Source: Massalongia carnosa (taxonomy: Eukaryota). From it: DNA of 64,000 nt. This document shows positions 25,460 to 38,829 of this stretch, piece by piece. The stretch is from assembly GCA_965645245.1 (NCBI GenBank), contig OZ287076.1, positions 248,001 through 312,000 of the forward strand, written 5' to 3'. The first letter of the stretch is position 1. Every line of letters starts with the position of its first letter. The translations under genes were made by a program, and so were the position numbers. Below the pieces are notes generated by a model that was given only the letters and a program-made list of their open reading frames with translations, made no database searches and was not told the DNA's origin.

Positions 25460-26290
25460 GGTACTCCGTACTCCGTACTCGGTACTCTGTACAGAGTAGT
25501 CATTTCCGTTCATCAACACCGCGGAACCAGGTACAGAGTACGAAGTACGGAGTACTCTGTAGGGTCTGTAGATACCGATCCCATCGTGCCAGCGTACCGA
25601 GGACAGAATAGGTAGTTATTCTGTATCTACGGAGTATCAAGTACTCGGTACTCGTGCTTGATACTGGTACAGAATAACTAAGTACAGAGTATTCTGTACC
25701 CCGTACCGAGTCAGAGAGCGTCATCTTGTACACTCGCGCTTGGCCAATCCTGGTTCATCGTTATTTTACTCTTTCCCCGAGACCGATTATTCAGGTCATA
25801 CCTTGTCTACCGAAGACCAGGCTTGCGTTAGAGATGTATCTTAGCCGTTGGTCAACGGCCAAAGGATACCGTAAATTACCGGAAAGTACCTTAGTATTCC
25901 GTACAGATTTCACCCGTTGCGTTCTTGTCTCTATCAAATAAACGGACCTTGCAGTATCGAGTACAGAATACAGAGTTAGGCTCCTAGTTACCCTGTAGAG
26001 TACAGAGTATTTGCTGCTTACATACTCTGTACCCCGTTCGCCCTGCCTGCCCGCCCTGTCCTGCCTTGCCTTGTCCTGCCCTGCCCTGCCCGACACACTC
26101 TGACTCCTCTGTAATGAACCCCAAAACAACTCTCACACCCACACCCACACCCACACCCCCCAACTATACAGTATAGACTGAGAGTACCCCCGATACCCAT
26201 AACTCGGTGCTGAGGTACGAGACTATTACCTCAATCTCACGAACTTGGTTCCTTCATCAGACAGACCCACAGCAATACTCTGTACAGAGA
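25460..26290. repeat. Dense cluster of TAC(G/A)GAGTA / TACTC(C/T)GTA motifs in a divergent promoter
   Basis: Overlapping runs such as GTACTCCGTACTCCGTACTCGGTACTCTGTACAGAGTA (25462 onward) and GTACAGAGTACGAAGTACGGAGTACTCTGTA (25531 onward). Confidence 0.75.
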
Positions 26291-26597
26291 ACGGAGAACT
26301 CACCCACTCATCCTTTCCTCATCGATGGGTGATCTTTTCGCTCTCCCCCCCGGGTCGATAAACTAGCACAGCCGCACCCTGCTTGCCTCCCATTAAAACG
26401 TTTAGACCTAACTTCTTAATTCTTACCTACTGTGCTTCTTGTACGGTACTCGGGTTCGGACTGTAAGTCGGTCATTTCTGCACAGGATAAGCTTGGTGCA
26501 ATAACTTGGAAAATAGTCTCGAGATCCCGGCGGCTGGAAAACTTCCCAAGGCCCGTTGCCATCTTCACATGCCGTGCTAAAGGCGAGCGACTTCGAA

Positions 26598-29500
26598 ATG
26601 AATACCGGAAATTACCAGAATGCGCCTGGGCCTGGAGTGGTCACGCCCGGCGACCAACAGCTGGAATCGGGGAGGAGCATAAGCCATCATATCATTCGCC
26701 TGCTTCAACAACAACACCAACAGCAACCTCCGCAAGGGTGGCGAACGGAGATATCAATCCAACAACGGGTCTTCATGGTACATCAACTGTACGTATTTGA
26801 TTAGAACAGTGCCTAATGCTCCACCTGATGCGGTAGCTCACTCGACCCCTCTTAGGGTTTCCTCCATACGTTTGGACAGGGCCGATTATGACATCGAGCG
26901 AACCCTCGGGCCTGCAATGTCACTTGAACGGAAAGTGTACGACGATAGCGCAGATAAAGTGAGTGAAAGGCCCTGCGCCCTCCCCCCGTGGGGAAACTGT
27001 TGCTTACATGGATGAAGGCTGCCTACGAACAAGCCTGCAAACAGAAGCTCACCGATATCGCTACCTCCCGCTCCCGGCAGGCTAACATCACCATGCAGCA
27101 GTCACAAAATCCACAGTCACAGCCCATGAATCTGGCTCACCAACAAATGCAAATGCAGGGTATGGTCACGGCCCAAAACCTAGCCCAGTTTCAGCATGGA
27201 TATCTGAATCCTCAGCTACAACAGCCAATGCAGCAGCCGCTGATGCACCAGCAGCATCAAATGCAAATGGGAAATCCACATATGAACATGCAACACATGC
27301 CACAGAATGTCCATCCTCAAATGCAGCCACATCCGGGGCGGACCGTTTTTACACCGGAGGAGAATCAGCTGATCAACCGCAATGCCCAACAACTGGCCCA
27401 AAACACCCCTAGAGATCAGCTGGAGGCCATTCGAACCACTCTGCAGAACCTTAGACCTGAACAACGGCAGATGATTCAAAGGCAAAATACAAACGTTTTA
27501 ATGTATTTTTTCCGTAACCAAGCCATAAAACAATACCTTGAGCACAAAGCCAGGATGACGGCCCCTCGCCCCAACCAGGTTATTGCACCCACAAGCAATG
27601 GTCTCATGCCCCAGCAAGCACAACCTACGTCTCAAAACTCTACACCTTCGCAGCCTCAGCCGAATAACGCCCAGATGTTTGACTCCGGCTTTATGGGAAA
27701 CATGGATCAGTTTCTTGGCCAACAGCAGGATGGTTTGCGTTCCCAAGAAGCCGGTCAAGTGGTCGTTCCAGCAAGCAATAGTCAAGGCATCGCCGAGGCC
27801 CAAAGAGGAAACGCGCGTGGGAATCTACAGCAGCAGCAGCAGCAGCAGCAGCATAACGCACAGCTGGGAGCCAACCATCCGTCACATCCCCAGCCTCCCC
27901 AGTACTGGCCGAACTTGAACCCCAGCATGCAACAGCCGCCTCAAATGCAACAACCGCCCCTGGGCTCGAGCTTTGGAAACATGCAACCTCATTTACAGGG
28001 TCAACTCGGCGGTTTGAAGACCCCTACCGGACGAATGGCGCCGCAGAATCCCCCGATGCCGACTCTTACGAAAGGCTTAGGGGTTTCGCCTCATGCGCAA
28101 AACACGTGGCCTCCGCAAAGACATCCTCAGTCAAACGAGCAACCCGTTCCTGGGGCGCAACCAGTCACTCCGCAATTGGGAGGGGCGCCCTCGGAGCCGC
28201 CAGAAGTCAATCAACAACGCTCACGGATGGGGTCAAACATAACACTCGCCATGCAGCGCCATCTCGCGAGCTTGACTGAAGACCAGCAAAGGGACAGGAT
28301 TGCGCAGGTGCAACGCCACCGCCGAAACCCGCAGCAGGGTGGGGGTCCGGCAAAACTGCCCGACTCGCAGAAAGGTCAGAATGCAACGCCAATGATTGGC
28401 CATCAACCCCCGCCGCCTGGTTCCAACAAAGCGGTCGCCACCCCTCTCAATGATACTCCGCACCCAGCTGTTTCGCAACATCCGCCGCTAACGACGGACC
28501 CTGGACTCCAGACCACCCCGCCGCCAAAAATACCACAACAGCAGATGATGCAGGTGCCCCATGCCCAACCTTCGAGCTTTCCCTTGAGTGAAGAGCAGGC
28601 TCGGCAAATGGACGAACTAAACTTCCCCAAGGGTATTCTAAACGCCACCAGCGCCCTGTCCCAATTGCCGCAGGGCGTCACAACGTGGGGCCAATTGATA
28701 TCATGGGTGGCTCAAAATGCTCAGACACTTCCCCCCGCAAGTCTTCAAAAGCTTCGGGGCCTTCAGGCGCTGCATTATCAAAACCTTGCCAACCGCCAAC
28801 GACAGCAGCAGCGCCCATCGGGGGGGCAGCCTCGGCCCACAAGTACGCAAGGGGTCATCCAGCCCGCGGCTCCGACGGCGCCAATGGTGCCACAACGCAC
28901 TTCGACGGCGGGAGCAAACGGCCCACAGCCTACGCCCAACATGATTCAAAACATACCGCCGCCAACAGTTCAAGAAATCCAAGCTGCTCGTGCACGGTTG
29001 CCGCCGAATAGGGTATATACCGACTCTCAGGTTGGGAGCATTATCATGAAACAAAGGCACGATGTGTTGAGAAACGCCAACTCTCAGCAGAGAGCCGGCC
29101 CGCAACAACCTCCATATAACAATCTGCAACGATCTCAATACCCGCAAGGTTTGCACCTACCAGTTCCGTCTCCCATCAATCAAACTCCCCAAGCACCCCA
29201 ACCCGCGACCCAGCAGCGCCAACCACCCCCGCACACTCAACGATCGGCACCCACTCCAAAAACAACCACACCAAAGCAGACTCCGAACAACAGCCGGAAT
29301 GCGACACAGGCGCCGAACCCGGCGCCGGCTAACCCGAAAGGTGTCAAGCGAAATAGCAATGATGATGTTGTTGAAATACCACACCCAAACGCTGCGCAGC
29401 AAGATGCGCAACCGAAGTCTCAGCCGTCCCCTCAACCGCGAGCCAACCCGCCGCAGAAAGCCCATGGGCAATTCCACGCCACCCTCTCGGACCAAAAAGC

Positions 29501-31398
29501 GGCCCTGGAGGGTCAGCGAAGAGCACAGGCCAGCCAGCACGCTCACGCTCGTTCGGGGCAATCTTCCGCTCCTGGCACCAACGGACAGAGCGCCGATTCG
29601 AACCGGACGGAAGAGCATGCTAAGACGGAGCTAAGACTAAAGCAAATGGTAGAGGAATTTGCGCAGAGCAACCCTCCTCGTCCGCCTGTGCCGATGAATG
29701 CTCAAACCAAGGGCAAAATGATCCAAAAACTGCGGGAGTCAAGGAATTGGGTCCAGCGGATGGAGGGATCTCTGATTTCGTTCTTCAAAACCTTTACGGA
29801 CGAGAGGACCATCATGGATTTCCTTCGCATGGTATGTTTCCCTAGGACTGCCTCGGTCTGGTGATACTGAATTTTTATAGCGAACGCTCCTCATACAACA
29901 GTACCAGGATACCCAAAACTTTGTGCCCGTCGATCATCCTACCATTACCCTCGAAGAACTCCAAAATGCCATACATGAACTGGCCAAGTTCTTTAAAATC
30001 ATGCAAACACTTGCATCACAGACGACTCTTCCCACCTCAGGACAGTCTGCTGGGCAGCTCACAACCCCGCAGCCTCAACGGGTGATACCCCTTGATCAAG
30101 CACCCAAACCTGAGGTTCCCTCGTTGAACGCTGCCAATCTGAAACAGCATGAAAACGCCCAGCAAGCTGCTCGACAAGCTGTTGTACAGAAGAGCCATGC
30201 TTCGAATCGCGCGCCTGCGGCGCCTACATCGCCACAACCGCCTTTCACCTTGGGCGGCCAACCGCCACAAGGCCTCCCGAATTATCTCGACAGGCCGAAC
30301 GCGCTGACCCGGGACAAACTCAATCTCCCGTTGGCCAAGAGGAGAAAGCCGATGCCAGGTCCAGCTACGATATCTACTCCGGACCTGGGGACTGCATCTT
30401 CCAAGTCCCCTCCGCTGCTAAAACATGAGCCCAAAGAAGTTCAGCCGGGAACGCCCCCATCCATTGCAATCAAATGCACGGTCCCGCACTGTGAAGCCAG
30501 CCCAAAGGGCTTTGCGACTCAGGAAGATCTTAATAAACATACCTCGGAAGTCCATCGTCCCAAAGAACTACCAATCGGGGAGCCTCTTCCCTGGGCTCTT
30601 GAGCAGATGCGAGAGAGTTTGGGCTTGGATGAACAGGGGAAGTCCAAGCCGCTTAAACAAGAGTTAAGGACGGAGAAGGAAGGTTCGCAAGCGCCAAACA
30701 TGAAGAAATCGGCGTCCACGCAAGGTCAATCTGCCATAAAGCAGGAGAGCGCAACACCGATGACCAGGGTGCCCACGCAACCGGGCCGCTCACCTACCTC
30801 GACCCCGCTAAAAACCCCGCAAGCAGCGGCCAACACCAAGACTCCAACCTCCGAAGCCAAATTCGGCCGTAAAGAGAGCAAATCCACGGAAGCAAAGCCC
30901 TCCACGACCGGCACCGCTAAAAGCTCCGGCACATTGCCCGACCCCTGGGCGGGTAGCCGTGTTCCTTCCGCCGTCATTACTGAGGCCTGGTCGGGCCTTG
31001 CGGATCTTCAATCCCTTGGGTCTTGGAGTACAGTCCAGCACACGCTTACCCCCCCGTCCACCCTCTCCAGCGGTAGGTCAGAAAAGAACAGCCCCCGCGT
31101 CAGCGACATTAGCGAAAACGATGCGGTCAAGATCAACCTGACTGTCGATGATGATGGCATCTTCGTCCCCTGGGATCTGTCCTATCAGGACCTGGATCAT
31201 GGGATGGAGGCGTTGGACGTGCGTTACTTGGGTCAAGATTGGGAGGGCATGGATTGGGAGGCTACGTTTGGGGCTGAGGGAACTGCGAACAATGCCGCTG
31301 GAGGCGGCGAGGACGGAAATCTGGCGCTCGACATGCCGCCCAGTGCTGATTGGTTTACCATTTACACTCCGGACAATACGGACCACACGGCAGGGTGA
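26598..31398 (+). CDS. MED15: Mediator subunit 15 (Gal11-like), Q/P-rich, 4 exons
   Basis: N-terminal KIX-like region 'GWRTEISIQQRVFMVHQL|VSSIRL...AMSLERKVY..SADK|AAYEQAC', long Q/P-rich tracts, 'TTWGQLISWV', 'LNAANLKQH' and a C2H2-like 'CTVPHC...F...DLNKHTSEVH'. Confidence 0.72.
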
Positions 31399-33332
31399 GG
31401 TGGCAACATCGGTCTTGGACGGATGATGATCACGGAGGCATGACAAGCTTGGGGGGGGGGGGAAATCGGGTGGGGCGTTAGGACGAGGAATCATTTCGGG
31501 CTGGCTGGTTGGGCGGCACGATTGTGCACATGGACGCTAAACCTGTGGGGCGGGGCATTTTTGATGACACCACCGATGCGTAGATGCGTGGCTTCCACCG
31601 TCACGAGGCGATGTTTTTTTCTTTTCTTTCTTTTCTTTCTTTTCTTTCTTTCTTTTTCTTTTTTTCGGGCGCCGATAGGGCTTGACAAGCCTTCCGTACG
31701 AACCATTTCCTCTTTCGACGAAGATTCCCATCTCCACGCAATGGGAGGGCGCTAGGGGTGTATGGTAGGCCAGACGGCAGTCGGAAAGAACTGGTTATGA
31801 TTACTTTGATCGAATGAATTTTCCGTTACCAGCTCATAGAATAAAACACAACGACATGCAAGCAAATGCAATCAATTGTCTTTTTGTTTTCCAGCGCTGT
31901 CGACAAGGGGTTGAGATGGACCACCTGTGCACGCATGCATGCATGCGTGCATGCGTACATGCGTTCTTCTTCGGGAGTTTGCACGACCGACACGAGCGAT
32001 GACCATTTACTTGGTTAGCGTTGGGGAAGAGTGTTGATATACGAACCGATGGATCGATGGGGATTACTCAGTACTGTTTCGGAAGACTTGTCTTGACCCG
32101 AGGTTCCTCGTGTCCTGCAGGTACTCCAAGCCTGGTTATCTTCGTTGTCTACTGTACGAAGTAACCAGGTACGTTGAATTGCTCGTGGCTTCTTTCGCGG
32201 GTACCTGCGTTCGAAAAAACCCCTTCATCTAGGTAGTTCGCTAGGTAGTTCACTAGGTAGTTCACTAACTAGGTACAAGGTACAATGAGCAACTCGTTTA
32301 GTGGAACTGTAGTTACTCACGTGTTAGTTACTCCAAGGTTGGATTTGGGGTCGAGATCAATCAGGTGGTTTAGAGTATTCGAGTATTTTTTACTATTAAT
32401 TCATTAAGCGTATGACATCCTAAGGATATGACGCTGTGACTGCTATTTATGTACATAAACAACAGTCAGGAAGTAGAAACCTAGCTCCCAGGGTAAGACC
32501 ACTCCCTTGTTCCATATTGAACGCAACGAAATCGTTCTTCTACCATGCGGTGCATACACCCAGATCTTCAAGCGCTAGGAATCCTGTAGACTCGATGAAC
32601 TAGACAATGTATCTCCACACGTTCGACGAAACGTTCTCTCTCTTGAACCGTTTTGACTCAATGAAGGAAAGACTGGCCGTGATCGAGGGCAGATCGTGGT
32701 GTCCTATAAATGAAGGGGTGGAAGTGTGGCCATTCCGAATGAATGGGCTTTGCATGCCTTCGTGGTGAATGATCAGTAGAGACGTTGATCATTCAAACGG
32801 CCACCAAGGTGGGCTTCCGGGTTGGCGATGATCAGATATTGGCCACCTCCGAGGAGGTGTTGATAGCCTGCACCACGTAACTAGAGGTTTCTGACCTAAC
32901 CGCAGCGTGGCTTCTCCATCGCTGCAACCTTGAGAGGCTATCCGGGCCGCAGTGCTTCTTCCGACAACAAACCTACCTAACCATGACCCTTTTTCATTTT
33001 CCCATCTCCCTTTTTCACCTACCTTTTCATCTGTGTTCCAATCTACCCATGTATCACTCTACCTATCAACCCGTCATTGGGCTAATGAGCCTAAGCTTTC
33101 TTTTCCTTTTTCGCATCGATCACTCATCGTCATGGACCCTTTGTTTGGCCCTTCCCATCTCCGGGTTGGGAGCAGAATCTGCGTCGCATTCTTCGGTGAT
33201 AGCATGGTGATGAGATGCTATGTAAGATATGTCCTCTCGAACGAGCTAATATAATGGTTGCTTGTTTGAGACGTTGCGCTGATTGCCCACCGGCAAACAG
33301 GCGGACCTCCGCGTCCCTGGCTGGTATGCCTC

Positions 33333-34006
33333 CTACCGCCCAATCGCGCCCTGCCGGTCTCGGTCTTTCATCATCTCCTCCCTCCCCTTCCTTCGCTCAG
33401 CCAAGGCCTTTTCATTCACGTCGACCGCCTTTGCAAGCCTACGCACGGCCTCTTCAACCACCACTCGTTCCGCCTCCCTATCCCGTTTTTCCGCTTCTAG
33501 CAACTCGGCGGCTTTCGTCAATTGCTCCCTTCAGTGACCCGGTGGCTTTCGTCATTTGCTGCCTTAGCTCCTCCTTCCCCGTTTCCAGCTGCAAGATCTC
33601 CGCCCGCAACGCGAGTACCTCCATAGAGACAGGAGGGGGGCGCTTTCTGGTCTAGCTAGATAGGAAAAAGGCGAAGATTAGTATTGGACCTTGTCAATGG
33701 CCATGCAAAGCATGGTCGACAAAACACTCTCCATGAAAAGAGGGCTCTGGAGGTGCTTCGCACCGGTATGGTTTTCGGAGCTCTTCACTCCACCAAACAA
33801 GCATCTGCGGTAATGATAGGAGCAAAGCCACCTCCAGCCAGATCCCGATTTGTGCGCCTCTTGACTCTGAAATCATCTTCAGCGGCAGTGATGTCGGTGT
33901 TGGTGTTGGTGGTGGAGTTGGTGATAGAGCTGGTGCTGTTGTGATTGCTATTGCGATGGTTCTTGGTGATTGTGGTGAAGCTGCTGAGGGCGTATAGTTC
34001 GATCAT
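33333..34006 (-). pseudogene. Degraded coiled-coil protein gene
   Basis: A coiled-coil frame (EILQLETGKEELRQQMTKA.../LTKAAELLEAEKRDRE) is broken by a frameshift near 33527-33530. In-frame stop at 33785, branch/acceptor-like signal at ~33650-33685. Confidence 0.35.
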
Positions 34007-35696
34007 GAGGAAAAGGGAAAGGAAAGAAAGAAAGGGAAAAAAACGCTTATGAATCTACCTAAAAAATCTCTTCGTTCCTGCCATTTCGTTGCTTCCTATG
34101 GGTTGTTTGAGTGCCTGTATCAGGAAAGGTGAGAATCTTCTCAATTGGAAACAACGATCGGATGAAGGAATTTATAATCAGGACAAAACAGCAGTTGACG
34201 GCGTCCAACGATATGAGCTATATTTCATACGTTGCACTCTTTCTAGAACGTGGGAAGAGCAGGAGATCTATATCATACCTTCAGATCATCCGGCACAGGC
34301 GCGCAGCGCTCAAGAGCGAAGTCAGGACTCCCGTACGCAGGCGGCATCTCGATGGCATGATGTTCGGTTTTCGACGACGACGACATCAGGACCAATGACC
34401 TTTATTCTATACGTGGACGATGATGTTAAAATAAGGTGACAAAGACTTATAAAGAATAGAGTATAGTGTGTATGGATGGATTAGTGAGTCAGGTCCAAGA
34501 AACAAAGACGGAAATACAGGAATCGAGCGAGAGGAGCGTATCAGGAATTTGGCTCACAGGTTTAAGTATGCCAGATAGAGAGCAAAATGTGCACATGTGT
34601 GAGCGCCAAGAAATGTAGCAACACACATTTGTGAGAGAGCGCGAAGATTTTCTATCCATTCCAGGTACCTGCTTCGTGTGTGCGCCCTTGGGGGGATTGG
34701 GCCCCTCCTTCCCTTGAGGAGCGTTGAACGTGGGTAAAGAAAGGCTAGCTATGTAATAGAGCATGTATAGGTATTGGTATAGGTATATTCACTAGGGAAA
34801 TAGATAGGTCCTTAACTACAGCTGCACCCTTCCCCCGGGAAAAGAAAAAATAATAATAATAACAATACGTATAAGCACAGAATGCCTAGGCAAGGTTAAA
34901 AAGATAAAGATAAGAAAAAGAAGGTACCACATACAGTATACATACACTAAACCTTCTACTCCCCTCCTCTACATAAACTCCATTATAAGAATCACCATAC
35001 CAACTTCCCACAGTCCCAACCCCAATTCCCGAGCCCTCCGTTTTTTTTCTTCATACATATAATCCCCCCCTCCCCCCCCCCAAAAGAGACGCGCAATACA
35101 TACCATTTCCGGTTCCCGAACCTCGACGCTTTCCCATCTATAACCGGAAATATATACTTCCTGGCATTTCTTTCTAATGAAGGGGGGGGGGGGGGAAGAG
35201 TTTGCGTGCGAATCAACCCCCCCCCGTTTGCTCGTGGGTGACGGGTATGGTATAGGTGTAGGTATAGTAGAGTATAAGGGTGGGGGTGTGATAATCCTCG
35301 CGTGTGGGTGGATGGGTGGGTGGGTGGCACTCTATTGGGGTTGCACATAACGTGAATAGAGAGAAAGAGAGTTTTTTTTTTTTTTGGGGGCAGGAAGGGA
35401 AGGAAGGAAGGAAGGAAGCAAAGAAAGGGATGGTTAGGTAGGTAGGTAAGTAGGGGGATTTGATAGAATACATAAGGGGGGGGGGAAGGGGGAGAGAGAT
35501 GGATGGGAGTGAAGGGGGAAAAAGGGGGGGCGGTGTGTGATTTGGCGAATAAGGCGGGAAGTGGTGACTGGCTGGTTTTTTTTTGGTTTGATGAAGAGGA
35601 TGGGTGGGGTGCGAAAGACGGAGATCGGTGTTGATGGAAGGAAAGCGTGATATAGGATGCGATGTGGGGGGGGTCCGGGGCTGTAGATGAATGGGA

Positions 35697-35782
35697 GAGT
35701 GGGTATAATACTGGTCTTCCATATGAGTGGGTATAATACTGGTCTTCCATATGAGAGTGGGTATAATACTAGTCTTCCATAT
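35697..35782. repeat. Three tandem copies of a 28-bp unit
   Basis: GAGTGGGTATAATACTGGTCTTCCATAT at 35697 and 35725, and at 35755 with 1 mismatch. Confidence 0.92.
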
Positions 35783-35870
35783 GGAGATGAATAAAGATGA
35801 AAAGAGATGAAAGATATAGATAAAAGCAAGAAATCCCCCCCCCCCCTAAAAGTTCCCTCGCGCCAACACT

Positions 35871-37297
35871 CTAAAAATGCTCAATCGGCTCCTCCGGCAG
35901 CAACTCCTCCCGATTTCCCCTCCTGACACAAGCCTGCAACGGCGGCTGTACAATATCGTTGAACAAAAAGGTCCCGTACACCAGCAAGCCAAACCCGACG
36001 ATCTGCAGCCACTTGAACGACTCCCAACCGAGCGCCAACGACACCATCCAGATGAACAGCGTACGGCAGGTGTCGATCGTGGAGCGAGCCGTGGCGCTGA
36101 CGGTGCGCGTCACGGACAGGCCGAAGAAATTGAAACCGCCGATGCTGATCATGATGAGAACACTCGACACCGCGATGGCGCGGTACTGCGTGATTTCGCG
36201 CCATCCTTCGCGGACGTCGAAGTAGCCGTTTTGGCCCCTCGCCGTGCGGCCGACGGCAAGGTGCATGATCACCATGCCGACGAGCGTGACCACGAAGCCG
36301 AAGATTCCCTCCCAGCCAACGACTTTCAGTGGTTCGAGCGCATAAGTCTCCAGGATCCATTCTTCGAGCACGAATTGCGTGGCAGTGAAGATTTGCGCCG
36401 CGGCGATCATGAAGACGCCGATTATGGTTTGGAGGGCTTCGGTGGTCTGCATGCTGGCTCTGACTTCTTCGACCGCGCTGCGTACGACATGTAGGCCTGT
36501 CTGAACGAAAGAGCTTGGTTCTAGTATTCCTTGTGACTCGGGCGCAAGCGCGCCTGCAAGTCCCACGATGGCGACTCCGAGGACGACGATGAATAAGGCT
36601 GACCATTGATACAAATAAAGTTTGCGCCGCAGGAAAAGAACGCTGAAGAGCCCAACAAATAATACCAACGCCCCCCGGGTCATTTGATAGATGCTAGCAG
36701 CCACAAAAAGCAAGCCTACGTTCATCAGGGTTGTCCCTGTTATATCGCAGCCAGCGGGTAATGCCAAAAGGAAAATCCTCCCCCCCACCAGCGGTTGGCG
36801 ATCATCGGAGTTTGGCACAAGTGCTTTTGCAGCGGGACCGGCTGCTTCATTGGCCGAAAACGAGGGCCGCAATTCTCTACCCTCAGCATCTATATCCACT
36901 CCGTCATCTATGTCGTTGACGTGCTCATATCCTCCCTGGAACAATGGAGCATCCTTTGTCGTGTAACGTCTGTAAACCGAGTAACCGGCAACCACAAGCC
37001 AACAGCCCATCTCCCCAATAAACATCTGCGCCCTGACTTGCCATTAGCAGGGTCGGTTTCGGTGAAGAGCACGTCAAGCCGTACGTCTGTATAACTGGCT
37101 GGGAGAACAGTAGTCGCTTCTTTGGATCGATGGACTCGCAGTTTTGTACACATTGCATATCCTACAGGGTGTCAGCTACAGCGATAAAACCCGAGAAAAG
37201 GCGCTAATGGCACCTGGTACTTGGTGAGCAAGGTATTGCAAACGCCTGTGAGAATCATCATCGCGACCAGGAATGGTATCACCGCTCGGCCCGCCAT
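35871..37297 (-). CDS. SLC35F6-like drug/metabolite (nucleotide-sugar) transporter
   Basis: 'MMILTGVCNTLLTKYQ|DMQCV...FSQPVIQT|AQMFIGEMGC', 'CDITGTTLMNVGLLFVAASIYQMTRG', 'GWEGIFG' and 'FNFFGLSVTRTVSATARSTIDTCRT'. Confidence 0.9.
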
Positions 37298-37794
37298 GAC
37301 TGCTCAGGGTTTAGTAGAGGGTAAGTGGAGTTCAAGAAAAAGACAGTTCGGCCGTCAGATACAGCCTTGCGCAGAGTGAAGAAAGCAAAGAAAATATGGA
37401 TTCATGAGAGTTCAGTGAGCAGAGTGAAAGGAGATGTATTAGGATGAATTCGTAGTGAGAGTTATTGATCACAAGGGAAAGTTGAGTCGGATGGTCTTTG
37501 TTACGTAAGCAGTCTAAACAAGAACTCCCAACCTTCTACAATCCATTTGATAAGTCGATCAGGAAGATACCAGTGCTACCGTGTTTCCTTGTAAAGATGT
37601 CCTGTAGGAACTGCCGGCCTTGCTTAGAAGATAGAACGGTGGGTGATACAATTTGTCATGTAGTAAATGATCAAGCAATCCCGTATATGCTAACTACGCC
37701 TATCGACTATGACCACCTTTACCAGGCCATGCAAAAGCTCTAGCTATGCAACCTAGATCTCTCCTCTAGGACCAAATGAAATTCGAAAGCAGGC

Positions 37795-38800
37795 CTAGCC
37801 CGTGATGCCCTTCAGATCTAGCAATCCTCGCGCAGCTAACGCGCTCCCACTGCCCCCTGTTAAATTCTTGTCAGTAGTGGCATGGGTAAGCGTGCTAATC
37901 GGGCTATCCGGTGGGCTGCTTGTCTGAATGGCTTTGTAATCCTGATGAGCTACCCAAGGAAAATAAATCTCAGCTGAATTCTGGGGGCTAGGTCCTCGAG
38001 AATTGGGTGGGGAAGAAGGAGCTTGCTGAAGCGCAAAGGTTCGAGCTGAGTACGCAGTGGGCCGTAGAACGGGTGCCGGGAGAAGCTTAGGAAGAGAGGG
38101 TTCCTCAGGCTCCGGTGATGACACTGACGAAGTAGATGCTACGTTTATCTGTTTGCTGGGCCCATCCATGGATATTTGAAGTTGTGACATGGGTATATTG
38201 GTTTGGTTGGTCTGCACTTTGAAAAGCGCAACGCGTAATCTAAGGCGGAGGGTCTCGGCCTGGACAAAAGGAGTTAGATGGTCACATAACAAGGAGAAGT
38301 ATCCCTCCACATACCACACGGGCTAGTGGTTGAACGGTTGTTATTTCTGTCGCTGCCGTCTCTTGCGAAGCCATAGTCTCATCCTCAAGGTCAAACTCGG
38401 GGAGGGAGCATATTGATCCTCTGGAACTATCCTGCGAATCTCCTTCATCCATTTCTTCCAAGCGGTCGGCTGTGGCGGTGTTGGGTTTTTTTGTAAGATT
38501 GAAGGATTTGATCTAAAGAGCCAATCAGCCACGTTATAACTCGCAAGACCGTTGTTCGTTTACCTCAACAGAAGGTGCCATTTTCCTTGGATGGTAAGAG
38601 TTTGATTGACCTGGCCGGGTTGGGTAAGGAAGGATGTGTGAGCGGCAAGCGACTGAGGGATATTCCGGATCGTCGACCTCGTGTACACGTCTCTTTTGGC
38701 TGGGCAAAGCTTCTCGTGAGAGATTTGTAAGGTGCGATGCTGAAGATATATTTATGGGTAGATCGGTCAAAGCCCGGCGTGGGGAGTTCGTGTTCGCCAT
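37795..38800 (-). CDS. Whi5/Nrm1-like G1/S transcriptional co-repressor (multi-exon)
   Basis: N-terminal D-box-like 'RRALTDLPIN', GTB-like 'AETLRLRLRVALFKVQTNQ', many S/T-P sites and C-terminal 'AARGLLDL'. Confidence 0.7.
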
Positions 38801-38829
38801 GTGAATAAACAATGACACAAGGAAAGCTC

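Noticed and set aside
34992..35829. Long Pro-rich minus-strand ORFs
   Set aside because: Produced by homopolymer and microsatellite low-complexity sequence in a 3' intergenic region.
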